Below, one piece after another: positions 1-9,619 of a stretch of DNA of 55,366 bases. The translations under genes were made by a program, and so were the position numbers. The notes beneath the pieces were generated by a model. It was given only the letters and a program-made list of their open reading frames with translations, was not told the origin of the DNA and ran no database searches. Source of the DNA: Alphaproteobacteria bacterium CG_4_10_14_0_8_um_filter_37_21 (GTDB lineage Bacteria > Pseudomonadota > Alphaproteobacteria > Paracaedibacterales > UBA11393); assembly GCA_002791835.1 (NCBI GenBank), contig PFNE01000045.1:1-55366 (forward strand), given 5' to 3'. The stretch's first letter is position 1; each line of letters opens with the position of its first letter.

Positions 1-1
1 C

Positions 2-196
2 ATTTTTAGATGTTTTTCTGTAGATTTTCAAGTTTACTGCACCACTATAAACCTTATTCACGGTCATTTCTATACTCCTGGAAATAGCAAAGAGCCAAAA
101 ATTAAAGGTGGCCCAGTAAACCCTAAAAAAAGTAACGAATGCCCTTTTCTAGAACTTAACACATCTTTTATGAATGATAAAAATTTCACTCAGTAA
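2..196 (+). CDS. 3' end of a gene truncated by the window edge (hypothetical protein)
   Basis: Frame is open from position 2 (IFRCFSVDFQ...DKNFTQ) to TAA at 194-196, giving 64 stop-free codons in AT-rich DNA. No recognisable motif. Confidence 0.45.
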   Translation: MFRCFSVDFQVYCTTINLIHGHFYTPGNSKEPKIKGGPVNPKKSNECPFLELNTSFMNDKNFTQ

Positions 197-389
197 CCCC
201 AAACACTATGCATCTGCGCATAAAGTTTATAATACCACACTGTTTATATATTTAAAAAATTCTAACACCTTTCACAGCATACGAAAAAATCGTGTGTTCA
301 AGTATTATCCCTTCCTTTCATGACACGCATTTGCAAAAAAAGAGTAGACCTTTTAAAGTGTAAAATAGTTATTTAATCTATATTCTGCC

Positions 390-1628
390 ATGTTTTCTGC
401 TTTTGAACGCAAAGTTGCACTGCGTTATTTATTTTCTTCTAAAAAAGAGGGTTTTGTATCCTTTTTTGCCATATTTTCTTTCCTTGGTATTGCCTTGGGT
501 GTGGCAACACTTATTATTGTCATGTCTGTTATGAATGGCTTTCGCACCAATTTATTAACAGCCATCATTGGTATGCGTGGGCATGTACTGGTTATGCAGA
601 AGGACCAACCAATTGAAAGCACAAATACAGATTTACTCAATACAATTCATCAAGAAAACATTGAATCTGCCTACCCCATGATTGAAAAACAAAGTATTAT
701 ATCTTTTCGGGGGCAAACAAAAGGTGTGATGGTACAAGGCCTAACGGCAAAAACTTTTACTGCACGCGAACCTTTACGTAAAAGCGTTGATGATCATAGC
801 TTAAACAACTTCAAAGATGATGGTCTTTTTTTGGGATGGCGCCTTGCAATGGAGCTGGGTCTTAAAACAGGAGATCGCTTTAGTCTGATCACGCCTGAAG
901 GCAATCAAACTGCTTTTGGTACAATTCCAAGACAAAAATCTTTTAAGGTTGCTGGCATCTTTAATTACGGTATGCATATTTATGATAAAAGTTTTGTCTT
1001 TATGCCCTTAGATACAGCCCAAAATTTATATAAAATGGGCCACAAAGTAACGCATATAGACATATTCTTAAAAGATGTTTTGCAAGCTTCCCTTGTGGCG
1101 GAAACACTATCAAAGCGTTTAAAGGATGAATACTTAGTCTTAGATTGGAAACACCAAGATCAAGGCATATTTCATACTGTAGAGGTTGAGCGCAATGTCA
1201 TGTTGTTAATCCTCTCCCTCCTCATCATCATTGCCGGCTTTAACATTACATCCAGCTTAATCATGATGGTTAAAGATAAAACGCGCGCCATTGGCATTCT
1301 TAAAACATTTGGGGCAACACAAAAACAAATTACACGTATTTTTGTTAGTATCGGTTTAATCATTGGTTTTGTAGGAACCTTTTTAGGCGTTGGATTGGGA
1401 AGTCTGTTTGTTATCTACATTGAAAATATACAACATTTTATAGAATATCTTATTCAAGCAGAGCTTTTTTCAGCAGAAGCCTATTTTCTATCAAAACTAC
1501 CGGCTGTTTTGTCTATAAAAGATATCTTGTTTGCCTGTAGTATTTCAACGGTACTGTCTTTATTGGCAAGCTTTTTTCCTGCACGCCGTGCTGGCAGTCT
1601 GCACCCAGTAGAATCGCTAAAAGAATAA
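390..1628 (+). CDS. lolE: Lipoprotein-releasing ABC transporter permease, LolC/LolE family
   Basis: Motifs GIALGVATLIIVMSVMNGF and MMVKDKTRAIGILKTFGAT, C-terminal PARRAGSLHPVESLK, and 4-TM FtsX/MacB topology. Confidence 0.93.
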   Translation: MFSAFERKVALRYLFSSKKEGFVSFFAIFSFLGIALGVATLIIVMSVMNGFRTNLLTAIIGMRGHVLVMQKDQPIESTNTDLLNTIHQENIESAYPMIEKQSIISFRGQTKGVMVQGLTAKTFTAREPLRKSVDDHSLNNFKDDGLFLGWRLAMELGLKTGDRFSLITPEGNQTAFGTIPRQKSFKVAGIFNYGMHIYDKSFVFMPLDTAQNLYKMGHKVTHIDIFLKDVLQASLVAETLSKRLKDEYLVLDWKHQDQGIFHTVEVERNVMLLILSLLIIIAGFNITSSLIMMVKDKTRAIGILKTFGATQKQITRIFVSIGLIIGFVGTFLGVGLGSLFVIYIENIQHFIEYLIQAELFSAEAYFLSKLPAVLSIKDILFACSISTVLSLLASFFPARRAGSLHPVESLKE

Positions 1629-1702
1629 AGTGTTAACTAGTTGACAAAATTTGAAAGTTTGCCGATGATAAAATTATAGTTATGTAAGAGAAAAATAATT
1701 CT

Positions 1703-2620
1703 GTGATGAAGAAATCAATAGTTCATATACATAAAATTTATCAAATATTTTATACAGGTATTGCATTCATATGCGTAAATTTTGCAGACACTCTACATGC
1801 TGAAAATTCGCCTGAAAAAATCATCGTTCATGAAAGCAAAAAACAAGCGGGCTTATATTATATTGAATGCAAAAAAACAGGTCTTTTCATTGCTTTAGAA
1901 AAAATTACAACAGAAAATATAACTGATTGGATTAACTTTGCTAAACGACAAGAAAATAATTATGGGCGGGCACTCAATAAATATGCTGCTAAAAAAACGC
2001 TTCCAAACCTGAACGGTATAGCGCCTTTTAAAAATCGTTTACTGAACTATGAAGATAAACAGTTATCTAAGTGTAAAAATGATTACGATATGTATGCGGC
2101 TTACCTGATGCATACCGATCCAGAAGAATCAGACAAAACAGAAAAATTCGGCACCACGACATCAGTTGAAAACAGTTCTATTGCCATGATTACAACCATA
2201 CAAATTAGCAAAAATCATGATTTTTATTCAGCACTTGGTATATCTAGAACCGTTGATGAAGCGGTACGCATTAGCAAAAATGGAAAACCCAAAACAACAC
2301 ACATCAATTCTATGCCAATGCATATATATTCATATACCTACCATGTTTTTAAAAAAAATTATCCAAATATTCAAGGCATCATATCAACACCTGTTTTAGC
2401 TGTACGTAAAATTCTTCAAAAATTTATCCCAAAAGAATCTATTACAATAGGCGCATCTTTGGAAGACGCTTTTTCTAAACTACCTTGGGTAGAACAGGAT
2501 CCCACCACCTTTGTGCACAGCATGCCCTCTGAACCTAATTTTTTCAAAGGTGCAGTGATGACAAAAATCAATGGGCAAGGGTTTTTAGGCTACCTCCAAA
2601 ACAATTTTGACATTAGTTAA
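1703..2620 (+). CDS. Hypothetical protein with predicted signal peptide
   Basis: 305-aa ORF with an N-terminal hydrophobic stretch ending ...TLHA/EN; TTGACA at 1642-1647 upstream. Confidence 0.75.
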   Translation: MMKKSIVHIHKIYQIFYTGIAFICVNFADTLHAENSPEKIIVHESKKQAGLYYIECKKTGLFIALEKITTENITDWINFAKRQENNYGRALNKYAAKKTLPNLNGIAPFKNRLLNYEDKQLSKCKNDYDMYAAYLMHTDPEESDKTEKFGTTTSVENSSIAMITTIQISKNHDFYSALGISRTVDEAVRISKNGKPKTTHINSMPMHIYSYTYHVFKKNYPNIQGIISTPVLAVRKILQKFIPKESITIGASLEDAFSKLPWVEQDPTTFVHSMPSEPNFFKGAVMTKINGQGFLGYLQNNFDIS

Positions 2621-2858
2621 CAATGAAATTCTTCACATAACGCTTAATTGCAAAGCACATACAAACAACTTATTGGCTTAATTTGGCAATGGCAAGTGTA
2701 TTGTCAGTTTTTCAGTTAATCTGCATCTAAGAAAAAGAACAAAACTATTTACCCACCATAAAACTTATGTATTAATCAGAACAAAAAACCCCCTTCATGA
2801 AACGGGCCTTAAGATGCTAATATGAAAAAAAGTTATTTATTTTATAGTAGGTTATCGT

Positions 2859-4202
2859 ATGGACATGCCACTACCCTTTTGGATTGTGATGCCTTTTATG
2901 TTACTCATATCCTCACTATGTTTGGGCCCCACATTATCACCTAGATGGTGGCATCAATTAGAAGTACCTGTTCTGATATCTGTAACCCTGCTAACAATAC
3001 TTGGATTTATGCTGTCCTGGGGAACAGGATTAACCATTGAACATGTTCAACATGTTCTCTCCCTTGAATATATTCCGTTTGTCGTTTTGATTTACACACT
3101 ATATACGGTAAGTACAAGTTTAAAAATATCTTTAGAAGGACAAGCCAGCACTGCAAAAAATGCTCTATTTCTTTTATTTGGGGGCATTTTTGCAAGTGCT
3201 ATTGGCACAACCGGCGCCAGTATGCTTTTAATATATCCCTTTTTAAAGTGGAACCACGACCATCCATATAAAACGCACTTAACGATCTTTTTTATGTTAA
3301 TTGTCAGCAACATTGGCGGTTCCTTAACCCCACTTGGTGATCCCCCACTTTTTATTGGTTTTTTACACGGCGTCCCATTTCAATGGCCACTACTCAATTT
3401 ATTCCCTAAATTTATATTCACAATGACCTATCTTCTTCTCATTTTTATTGTATGTGATATTTTTTTTAAACGGTTTCAAAAAGTAACACGACAAAATATT
3501 AAAAGAACTTTTGTTCTTTTGAAAACCAAAAGAGAACCTTCAGACACACCATGTACTGTGCCGTTTAAAATACAAATAGAGGGAAAAACTCAAATCATTT
3601 TGATTCCACTTATTATTATGGTCCTTATATTTTGCAGTGGTACATCTACTCCTTTATTTTTACGAGAGGGCTTATTGCTTCTGATTGCAGCTACATCACA
3701 TATTATTGATCGTCAGTATCATGGATTTTTATCGAAAAAGGGTCACTGGTTGCCAGTTCTGGAAGTTTGCCGTGTATTTTTGGCCATCTTTATTTGTGTG
3801 TCCCCTATTTCTTTGATGCTACAGCAAGGTGCAAATGGCCCTTTTGTAGATCTGTTAGAAATTGCAAATGCTGGTGGCACACCAAATAACCATTTATACT
3901 ATTGGATAACAGGCATGTTCTCTGCCTTTTTAGATAATGCACCAACCTATTTGATTTTCTTTAAGATGATCGGTGGTAGTGCCCAAGATATTATTCAAAA
4001 TCATAACACAACCCTTCAAGCCATATCGGTTGCATCCATATTTTTTGGTGCCATGACCTATATTGGAAACGCACCTAACTTCATGGTAAAAAGCATCGCA
4101 AAACAACATGATATAGAAATGCCCTCCTTTATAGGATATATCGGATGGACATGCATTTTGTTACTGCCTGTCGTTATCCTGGTGCAACTTATTTGGTTTT
4201 AA
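2859..4202 (+). CDS. Ion-transporter (IT) superfamily membrane protein, sodium:proton antiporter / CitMHS-like
   Basis: Polytopic membrane protein with re-entrant motifs SNIGGSLTPLGDPPLF and FFGAMTYIGNAPNF, plus SAFLDNAPTY. Confidence 0.85.
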   Translation: MDMPLPFWIVMPFMLLISSLCLGPTLSPRWWHQLEVPVLISVTLLTILGFMLSWGTGLTIEHVQHVLSLEYIPFVVLIYTLYTVSTSLKISLEGQASTAKNALFLLFGGIFASAIGTTGASMLLIYPFLKWNHDHPYKTHLTIFFMLIVSNIGGSLTPLGDPPLFIGFLHGVPFQWPLLNLFPKFIFTMTYLLLIFIVCDIFFKRFQKVTRQNIKRTFVLLKTKREPSDTPCTVPFKIQIEGKTQIILIPLIIMVLIFCSGTSTPLFLREGLLLLIAATSHIIDRQYHGFLSKKGHWLPVLEVCRVFLAIFICVSPISLMLQQGANGPFVDLLEIANAGGTPNNHLYYWITGMFSAFLDNAPTYLIFFKMIGGSAQDIIQNHNTTLQAISVASIFFGAMTYIGNAPNFMVKSIAKQHDIEMPSFIGYIGWTCILLLPVVILVQLIWF

Positions 4203-4241
4203 CACAACTGCCAATATTGTGTATGGTTGTGCAGCATTTTA

Positions 4242-4280
4242 GCAAAAAGTGCACCTTTTTATTATATGTGCATTTTTTGC
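4242..4280. repeat. 13-bp inverted repeat (terminator of the transporter gene or operator of fliF)
   Basis: GCAAAAAGTGCAC (4242-4254), 13-nt spacer, GTGCATTTTTTGC (4268-4280); one G-T mismatch. Confidence 0.55.
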
Positions 4281-4287
4281 CATCCCA

Positions 4288-4303
4288 TTAACCTTTTGTT
4301 TAC
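4288..4303 (+). promoter_or_regulatory. CtrA-like binding box upstream of fliF
   Basis: TTAA-CCTTTTG-TTTAC versus consensus TTAA-N7-TTAAC, about 50 bp before fliF; fliF is a known CtrA class II target in Caulobacter. Confidence 0.55.
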
Positions 4304-4355
4304 AAAGAACTGAATAAACTGAACATGTAAAGTTTATTTAAAATACAATATATTT

Positions 4356-6002
4356 GTGGAACTCTTAGTAGACATTTTTAAAAAATTAGGCATGGTAAAA
4401 ACTGCCAGCATCTTAGGTGGTGTTGGCATGGTTTTTGCATTCCTGATCTTTTTTGTCAGTAGTTCACTAGCCCCAGAAATGGGTATCTTATATTCAGATC
4501 TAGAGCCTGGGGATGCTACAAAAATTGTAGATCGCTTAAAAAGCACCGGAATACCCGTTGAAATTAACCATCATGGTATGCAAATTTTAGTACCAAGAAA
4601 CAAAATCGCTGAACTACGCATGGAGTTTGCATCTGACGGATTACTGACAGGCGGCATTGTTGGCTATGAAATGTTTGATAAAGCCGATTTACTGGGCACA
4701 AGTAGTGCAGTTTTAGATATAAATCATTTGCGCGCAATAGAGGGTGAAATAGCAAAATCAATTAAATCTATCAATACAGTTCAATCTGCACGCGTCCACT
4801 TAGTTGTACCAAAAAAAGAACTTTTTTCAAGGTCGCAGTCACAACCCTCTGCATCTATTGTTTTAAAAATGAAAGGCAGTCACAGATTATCTGCCAATCA
4901 AATTCAAGCTGTTCAAGCACTTGTCTCAACCGCTGTTTTAAATATGACCAATGATCGCATATCTATTATTGATGATAAGGGAACCTTACTATCACGTGGT
5001 CGTGATGGATCTTCTTCTGGTGATAACCTATCTGCGTATACAACCATGAAAGAAGAATATGAAGAAAAAATTTCCAGACAAATAGAACAACTCCTAGAAC
5101 GCACCCTTGGCCCAGATCAAGTTCGCGTTGAAATATCTGCCGATATGGATTTTGACAAAATCACCACACAGTCAGTAGATTACGATCCTGATGGACAGGT
5201 TCTTAAATCCCTCACTTCTTCTGAAGAGGCGGCTAATTCAAACGAGTCAAGTGGCGACGCTGTCAGTATTCAAAACGCTGTTCCAAATCAGGAAAATACA
5301 GGTGGTGGAAACGCTTCCAACAAAAATACATCCAACAAGATAGAGGAAAATAAATCTTACGAAATTTCCAATAAAACCACCACAATTGTAAAGGAAGTTG
5401 GGGGTATTAAACACTTGTCTGTAGCGGTACTTGTAAATGGAGATTATAAAAAAAATGACAATGGAAAAATGGAATATAGTCCACGTTCAGAAGACGAGAT
5501 AAATAAAATAACAGAGCTTGTTAAAACAGCAGTGGGTTATAAAAAAGAACGTAATGATTCTATTAAAGTTGTTAATTTGAAATTTAATGCACCACCTGAA
5601 GAAATGAAAATTTTAGAACCCAGCATCATAAATTATATCTTCAATGCTATTGATTTTAGAAAACTGATAGAGCTCAGCATTGTTGGTCTATTTGCACTTA
5701 TTATTATATTACGTTTTATCAAACCTGTTCTTGTGCGCTTCATGAGTTTGGGTAAAATCGGTGCACTTTCAGACCAGCAAAACACAGCGTATGAACAAAG
5801 TGCCGGGTATTCTAATTCCCCTGGGGATGCTGCATATATCATGAATAATCCTCAAGCAGACCCTTTTGATATAGACTTAGAAAACATTGAAGGTAAAATG
5901 AAAGCGTCATCGGCAAATAAAATAAATCAATTGGTGGAAAAAAATCCTGACGAAAGTGCTTCAATTTTAAGGTCATGGTTATATGAAGAGGATAGCAAGT
6001 AA
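4356..6002 (+). CDS. fliF: Flagellar MS-ring protein FliF
   Basis: VGYEMFDK, RAIEGEIAKSI, SARVHLVVPK, LSVAVLVNG, two TM segments, C-terminal ILRSWL. Confidence 0.96.
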   Translation: MELLVDIFKKLGMVKTASILGGVGMVFAFLIFFVSSSLAPEMGILYSDLEPGDATKIVDRLKSTGIPVEINHHGMQILVPRNKIAELRMEFASDGLLTGGIVGYEMFDKADLLGTSSAVLDINHLRAIEGEIAKSIKSINTVQSARVHLVVPKKELFSRSQSQPSASIVLKMKGSHRLSANQIQAVQALVSTAVLNMTNDRISIIDDKGTLLSRGRDGSSSGDNLSAYTTMKEEYEEKISRQIEQLLERTLGPDQVRVEISADMDFDKITTQSVDYDPDGQVLKSLTSSEEAANSNESSGDAVSIQNAVPNQENTGGGNASNKNTSNKIEENKSYEISNKTTTIVKEVGGIKHLSVAVLVNGDYKKNDNGKMEYSPRSEDEINKITELVKTAVGYKKERNDSIKVVNLKFNAPPEEMKILEPSIINYIFNAIDFRKLIELSIVGLFALIIILRFIKPVLVRFMSLGKIGALSDQQNTAYEQSAGYSNSPGDAAYIMNNPQADPFDIDLENIEGKMKASSANKINQLVEKNPDESASILRSWLYEEDSK

Positions 6003-7048
6003 TGTCTGCAACGTTTCCGCCTCACCTACAGCAAAAACTAGATAAGCTATCTGGAAAAGATAGAGCAGCTATTTTAATGCTATCTTTACCAGAGAAAATC
6101 ACATCAGAAATTTTCAAATTTCTAGAACTGTATGAAATTAGAGACGTTTCATTAGCCATGTTACGCGCAAAACAAATGGATATTGATATCATAAAAGCTG
6201 TCAGCATTATGTTCGTCTCACAGTTATCATCTGCAAAGGGTATGATTGGATCCACTGAAGGTGTTAAACGTTTATTAACAAAACTGCTTCCAAAAGATCA
6301 AGCAGATACAATTTTAGAAGAAGTGAAGGGCACTGCAGGACGAACAGTGTGGGATAGACTTGGCAATGTAAACGTTGAAAGCTTAGCCAGCTATTTAAAC
6401 AATGAATACCCTCAAACAATAGCTGTTATCCTGTCTAAAATTCCATCTAGCAGTTCTGCTAAAGTTCTGGCGCGCCTAGAGGATGACCTTTCCAATGATG
6501 TGATTAACAGAATGCTGGATATGGACGCTGTTAAAAAAGAAGTTATAGATGATATAGAAAAAAATTTAAAATTAGAATTTATGAGCAGCTTATCAAGAAC
6601 CTACAAACAGGACTCATACTCAAACATTGCTGAAATATTTAACGCAATGGATAGAACAGCAGAGACACGACTCATGAAGAATTTGGAAAAAACAAATGAC
6701 GCGCATGCAAAAAAAATTAAAAATTTAATGTTTACTTTTGAGGATCTCAAGAAAATGGATGACCAAAGTTTGCAAACATTAATACGAAGTGTTGATAAAA
6801 ATCAATTGGCAATTTCATTAAAGGGTGTAGATGATGTCATTAAAGAACAATTTTTTGCCTGCATGACAGAACGTGCAGGGAAACTGCTGCATGATGAACT
6901 TGAACAATTAGGCCCCGTCAGGTTAAAGGCCGTTGAAGAAGCACAAATGCAAGTCATCAGCAAAGCAAAGGAGTTAGCTGAGGCTAACGCCCTATTCCTG
7001 CCTAATTTAGCAGATGCAGAAGATTCAAATAATAAATTAATCGAATAA
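6002..7048 (+). CDS. fliG: Flagellar motor switch protein FliG
   Basis: LSGKDRAAILMLSL, EYPQTIAVILS, MFTFEDL, GPVRLKAVEEAQ; start overlaps the fliF stop. Confidence 0.96.
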   Translation: MSATFPPHLQQKLDKLSGKDRAAILMLSLPEKITSEIFKFLELYEIRDVSLAMLRAKQMDIDIIKAVSIMFVSQLSSAKGMIGSTEGVKRLLTKLLPKDQADTILEEVKGTAGRTVWDRLGNVNVESLASYLNNEYPQTIAVILSKIPSSSSAKVLARLEDDLSNDVINRMLDMDAVKKEVIDDIEKNLKLEFMSSLSRTYKQDSYSNIAEIFNAMDRTAETRLMKNLEKTNDAHAKKIKNLMFTFEDLKKMDDQSLQTLIRSVDKNQLAISLKGVDDVIKEQFFACMTERAGKLLHDELEQLGPVRLKAVEEAQMQVISKAKELAEANALFLPNLADAEDSNNKLIE

Positions 7049-7049
7049 A

Positions 7050-7754
7050 ATGGTGCAAAAAATGACACAAGAACTTTTCACAACTTACAAACCACCATCT
7101 TTTGACGGCCCTAGCGATCAAGCTCAATTCATGACACAAGGTGAACAACTTACACTAAAAGAAAAATCTTATAACGAAGGATTCCAAAAAGGATTTAATG
7201 ATGGACAAAAATACGGACATGATACCGCCTTAGAAGAACATGATACATATGTAAAACAAATTCTAGAAAAACTATATGATGCCATACAAATATTAAAAGA
7301 AAATAATCAAGATTATACAACACACTTAACACAACATGTGAACTATAGTGTGGCCCTTATTATTAAAAAGCTTTTTCCATTTTACTTAAAAAGAGAGGGG
7401 AAATCAGAATTACGTGATTTTGTAAAACATACAGTAACGTCATTATTAGATAAAAACGGGATAAAAATTTTTCTAAATCCATCCATGTTGCCCCATGTAA
7501 AAAAATATATAGATCAACAGCCCGATAAGAATGAGGGGATTCATCTTATGGAAGATAATACGCTAGATAACTATGCCTGCACAATGAAATGGAAATGTGG
7601 TGGTGGGTTGTACGACATCAACAAATTACATGACAAAATAGATGTTTTATTAAAGAATGGGCTGAATCTTAGAAAAACTAACATTCAAACTGAAACACTA
7701 TCAACTGAAAATGAAGCAGTAAATAACACGATAACGGAGAGCGAAAATGTTTAA
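7050..7754 (+). CDS. fliH: Flagellar export regulator FliH (divergent)
   Basis: Lies between fliG and fliN; GxxxG repeats (YNEGFQKGFNDGQKYG); C-terminal C..KWKCGG motif as in alphaproteobacterial FliH. Confidence 0.8.
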   Translation: MVQKMTQELFTTYKPPSFDGPSDQAQFMTQGEQLTLKEKSYNEGFQKGFNDGQKYGHDTALEEHDTYVKQILEKLYDAIQILKENNQDYTTHLTQHVNYSVALIIKKLFPFYLKREGKSELRDFVKHTVTSLLDKNGIKIFLNPSMLPHVKKYIDQQPDKNEGIHLMEDNTLDNYACTMKWKCGGGLYDINKLHDKIDVLLKNGLNLRKTNIQTETLSTENEAVNNTITESENV

Positions 7755-8118
7755 TGATGATGAAACACCAAAAAATACACAAAGCACTGAAACAAAACAA
7801 CAGACAATAGGCGCTGAAGAACTGCAAGCAAAAGAAACTGGGGATAAAGGTCCTAAAAAATTTAATGACGTTAACGATCTGCAGGCTGTATACGATGTGC
7901 CTGTCCAAGTTTCTGCTGTTCTTGGTCGCGCCAGCATGCCGGTTAATCAGTTGTTAAAGCTTGGCCGTGGTGCTGTTATCGAACTTGATAAGCGTGTTGG
8001 TGAATCAATTGAAATAATGGTCAACAACAAATTAGTAGCTAAAGGCGAAGTTGTTGTTGTTGATAACCATTTAGGTGTGACGATGACTGAAATTGTAAAA
8101 TCTGATAGTTTTGATTAG
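7747..8118 (+). CDS. fliN: Flagellar motor switch protein FliN
   Basis: SpoA domain: DVPVQVSAVLG...LLKLGRGAVIELD...LVAKGEVVVVD..LGVTMTEI. Confidence 0.96.
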   Translation: MFNDDETPKNTQSTETKQQTIGAEELQAKETGDKGPKKFNDVNDLQAVYDVPVQVSAVLGRASMPVNQLLKLGRGAVIELDKRVGESIEIMVNNKLVAKGEVVVVDNHLGVTMTEIVKSDSFD

Positions 8119-8121
8119 TAT

Positions 8122-8649
8122 ATGATGAAATACAGTTCTTATATAACGCTTATGCTGTTTGCAAACCTACCTGCCCTACATGCAGAGGTGATTCAGCCCA
8201 AAAGTATATCAATATGGCAAAAAGTAGCATCTTTCTTTGATACAAATGATCATGAAGATACAGACCCCCTACCAGACGCATTATCGATTAACAACACAAA
8301 AGATGAACTTCATAACGATCATACTGCTAAAAAAAACATCTTACCTAATATACAGGGTGCTTACTATTTATCCTCCATCATCTATAGCAACCATAAAAAT
8401 TGGTCTATCTGGCTTAATGATCAAATTATTCAACCCGATCGGATACATCAATTATCACACATATTAATTAAACGCGTCAGTGCAAACAAAATAGAATGCA
8501 CAATCACTAATCAAGATAAAACGTTCACTTTATGCCCCAATCAAACATTGGATCTTTCAAATGGTCATATTCTAAACGGAGACCAGAGAAAATCTATTCT
8601 TTCCACACCAGCTGATGACGACGATTTTACGCTCAATGAATCTCCATAA
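8122..8649 (+). CDS. Hypothetical exported protein co-transcribed with fliFGHN
   Basis: Starts 3 bp after the fliN stop; signal peptide ending ALHA/E; beta-rich segment LSSIIYSNHKNWSIWLNDQII. Confidence 0.75.
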   Translation: MMKYSSYITLMLFANLPALHAEVIQPKSISIWQKVASFFDTNDHEDTDPLPDALSINNTKDELHNDHTAKKNILPNIQGAYYLSSIIYSNHKNWSIWLNDQIIQPDRIHQLSHILIKRVSANKIECTITNQDKTFTLCPNQTLDLSNGHILNGDQRKSILSTPADDDDFTLNESP

Positions 8650-8851
8650 ATCAAATCATGTAAAGACGCATTTTTTTATACAGATAACCCATTACAAAAA
8701 AATATTTATATACCGATGAAACAGATTTTCTATAGATCATTGTTTTTTCGTTTTATTCACTTTGCATGAACCCATTTTTGTCAATAAGCATTACATTGTT
8801 TTGTGCTACAGGTATATTGCCACAATAATGTAAAAGAATTTTTACCATTCT

Positions 8852-9451
8852 CTAGTCACTAGAGGGGGAATATTGCTTCTTTAGTGCATCAAACGTGTGG
8901 GCGGTTATCTTGCCCACTAAAGTTGCACTTTTTTCTAAGGCATCTGTTTTTTCTGTCAACATTTCTTCGTTAACCCCTTGTTGCTTTCTTAAATTTGATA
9001 TTATTGTATTTATCGTTTTTGTATACTTGTTCCATTCTGTGCTTACGTCTTCAAATGTACTTACGTTGTACTTTTCAAAAAAGAATATAAGTATTGTGCG
9101 TACAGGATCTTCAACTATTTCTAGTGTTTTACCTTCTTCATTATCTGGCCCCTTTTGACCTAATTCTTCAGAACTTGACGCGGATGGCATAAATCGGGAC
9201 TGTGCAGTTAGCGTTAACAGATCCGAAATATCTTCACCTGAAGGAGGATTGCTATCCCCTTTGTTCATTTTTTTAGTACCTGCTTCTGGAAAAACATTGT
9301 CCCTAGCCGTAGGACTGTTCACTGGGGGCACGACAACCCATTCTGAGGTCTCATCTATTGGGGAAGCCGAATTGACTACTGGTGTTTCTGATGCCATAGA
9401 GCTTATCGTTAATGCTGTTGTTAACTTAAGAACTTTGAATATATTCCTCAT
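8852..9451 (-). CDS. Hypothetical secreted protein (disordered N-half, helical C-half)
   Basis: 199-aa ORF with a signal-peptide-like start MRNIFKVLKLTTALTISSMA. Confidence 0.7.
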   Translation of the reverse strand: MRNIFKVLKLTTALTISSMASETPVVNSASPIDETSEWVVVPPVNSPTARDNVFPEAGTKKMNKGDSNPPSGEDISDLLTLTAQSRFMPSASSSEELGQKGPDNEEGKTLEIVEDPVRTILIFFFEKYNVSTFEDVSTEWNKYTKTINTIISNLRKQQGVNEEMLTEKTDALEKSATLVGKITAHTFDALKKQYSPSSD

Positions 9452-9619
9452 TTTAAACCCTATAATTTTATTAATTGATCTACTTAAAATAATATCGTTT
9501 TTAAAATATTTTTACAAGTATTTATTTTAATTTTTAATCAATTTCAATCTTGTGAAATATTTCCATACACAAAGCTTTAAAATTCTTTTATACTTAGCAG
9601 CATACACTGGTTCGTAAAG

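Noticed and set aside
8608-8649. LIR motif in the acidic tail DDDDFTLN of the fliN-linked orphan
   Set aside because: The residue three positions after Phe is Asn rather than L/I/V, so it does not fit the consensus.
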